DNA from: Eledone cirrhosa
Taxonomy: Eukaryota
Direction of reading: 5' to 3'
Length of the DNA: 64,000 bases
Assembly (NCBI GenBank): GCA_964016885.1
Contig: OZ024764.1
Span: 27,590,001 to 27,654,000, forward strand
Shown one piece after another: positions 62,301-64,000 of this stretch (position 1 is its first letter; each line of letters opens with the position of its first letter). The position numbers and the translations under genes are program-made. The notes under the pieces were generated by a model. It saw only the letters and a program-made list of their open reading frames with translations. It was not told the DNA's origin and made no database searches.

Positions 62301-64000
62301 ATAAGAGAGAGATGAAACAAGTGAGGGATTAGAGTGTTGAAACAAGAGAGAGAGAGGAAGAGAGAGTGAGAGCGAGATCAAACGAGAGAGAGAGAGCGAG
62401 ATGAAATGAGAGAGTGAGAGCGAGATGAAACGAGAGAGAGAGAGCGAGATGAAATGAGAGAGCGAGAGCGAGATGAAATGAGAGAGAGAGAGCGAGATGA
62501 AACGAGACAGAGAGAGCGAGATGAAACGAGAGAGAGAGAGAGCGAAATGAAACGAGACAGATTAGAGCGAGATGAAACGAGAGAGAGAGAGCGAGATGAA
62601 ATGAGAGAGAGAGAGCGAGATGAAACGAGAGAGTGAGAGCTAGAGGAAACGAGAGAGAGAGGAAACGAGAGTAGAGAGCGAGATGAAACAGGAGAGAGAG
62701 AGCGAGATGAAACAGGAGAGAGAGAGCGAGATGAAACAGGAGAGAGAGAGCGAGATGAAACAGGAGAGAGAGAGCGAGATGAAACGAGAGGGAGAGACAG
62801 ATGAAACGAGAGAGCGAGAGAGAGATAGAGGGAGATGAAACGACAGAGAGAGAGACAGATGAAACGAGGGAGATAGAGATGAAACGAGAGAGAGAGATGA
62901 AACGAGAGAGAGGAAGAGAGAGATGGAACGAGAGAGAGTAAGAGAGAGATGGAACGAGAGAGAAGAAGACAGAGATGAAACGAGAGAGAGAGAGAGCGAG
63001 ATGAAACGAGAGAGAGGAAGAGAGAGAACGCGAGATGAAACGAGAGAGAGAGAGAGCAAGATGAAACGAGAGAGAGGAAGAGAGAGAGCGCAAGATGAAA
63101 CGAGAGAGAGAGAGAGCGAGATGAAAGTCTGTCATGTAATGTTATGGACACATCTGCCCTTGGGGCTAATAATTGTCATGTAATGTTATGGAAATCTCTG
63201 CCCCTGTGGCTAATAATTCTGTCATGTAATGTTATGGACATCTCTGCCACTGTGGCTAATAATTCTGTCATGTAATGTTATGGACATCTCTGCCCCTGTG
63301 GCTAATAAATCTGTCATGTAATGTTATGGACATCTCTGCCCCTGTGGCTAATAATTCTGACATGTAATGTTATGGACATCTCTGCCCCTGTGGCTAATAA
63401 ATATGACATGTAATGTTATGGACATCTCTGCCCCTGTGGCTAATAAATCTGTCATGTAATGTTATGGACATCTCTGCCCCTGTGGCTAATAATTCTGACA
63501 TGTAATGTTATGGACATCTCTGCCCCTGTGGCTAATAATTCTGAGATAGATGAAACAAGTGAGGGATTAGATAGAGATGAAACAAGTGAGGGATTAGAGT
63601 GTTGAAACAAGAGAGAGAGAGGAAGAGAGAGTGAAAGCGAAATCAAACGAGAGAGAGCGAGATGAAATGAGAGAGTGAGAGCGAGATGAAACGAGAGAGA
63701 GAGAGAGAGCGAGATGAAATGAGAGAGAGAGAGCGAGATGAAATGAGAGAGAGAGAGCGAGATGAAACGAGACAGAGAGAGCGGGATGAAACGAGTCAGA
63801 GAGAGCGAGAGCGAGATGAAACGAGACAGAGAGAGCGAGATGAAACGAGAGAGAGAGAGCGAGATGAAATGAGAGAGAGAGAGCGAGATGAAATGAGAGA
63901 GAGAGAGCGAGATGAAACGAGAGAGTGAGAGCGAGATGGAACGAGACAGAGAGAGCGAGATGAAACGAGAGTGGGAGAGCTAGATGAAACGAGAGAGAGA
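56316..64000 (+). repeat. Bipartite satellite, GA strand, running off the window end
   Basis: Begins as a paralog of ~14200 onward, sharing the deleted first 46-bp unit TCTGTCATGGACATATCTGACCC. Confidence 0.95.

Overview
Eukaryotic, repeat-only window with no intact protein-coding or RNA gene. The SINE sequences resemble, from memory, the tRNA-derived SINEs of Octopus/cephalopods. About 62% of the window is a bipartite satellite: purine-rich (GA)n-GCGAGATGAAAC blocks of 0.5-1.7 kb alternate with short arrays of a 46-bp unit. The main ~31 kb array (13.7-44.9 kb) flips strand at a fold-back junction near 26,797. The rest consists of head-to-tail copies of a ~9.8 kb unit built around an internally deleted Helitron RepHel pseudogene. 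That unit also carries nested SINEs, hAT-like MITEs, CRE-like retrotransposon 3' fragments, a PHD-finger insertion and minisatellites. RepHel 5' halves (ending 12,734 and 55,606) and a 3' half (starting 672) break at the same TCA, so the satellite appears to sit inside the Helitron ORF. The many long Ser/Leu- or Arg/Glu-rich ORFs are translation artefacts of the satellite.
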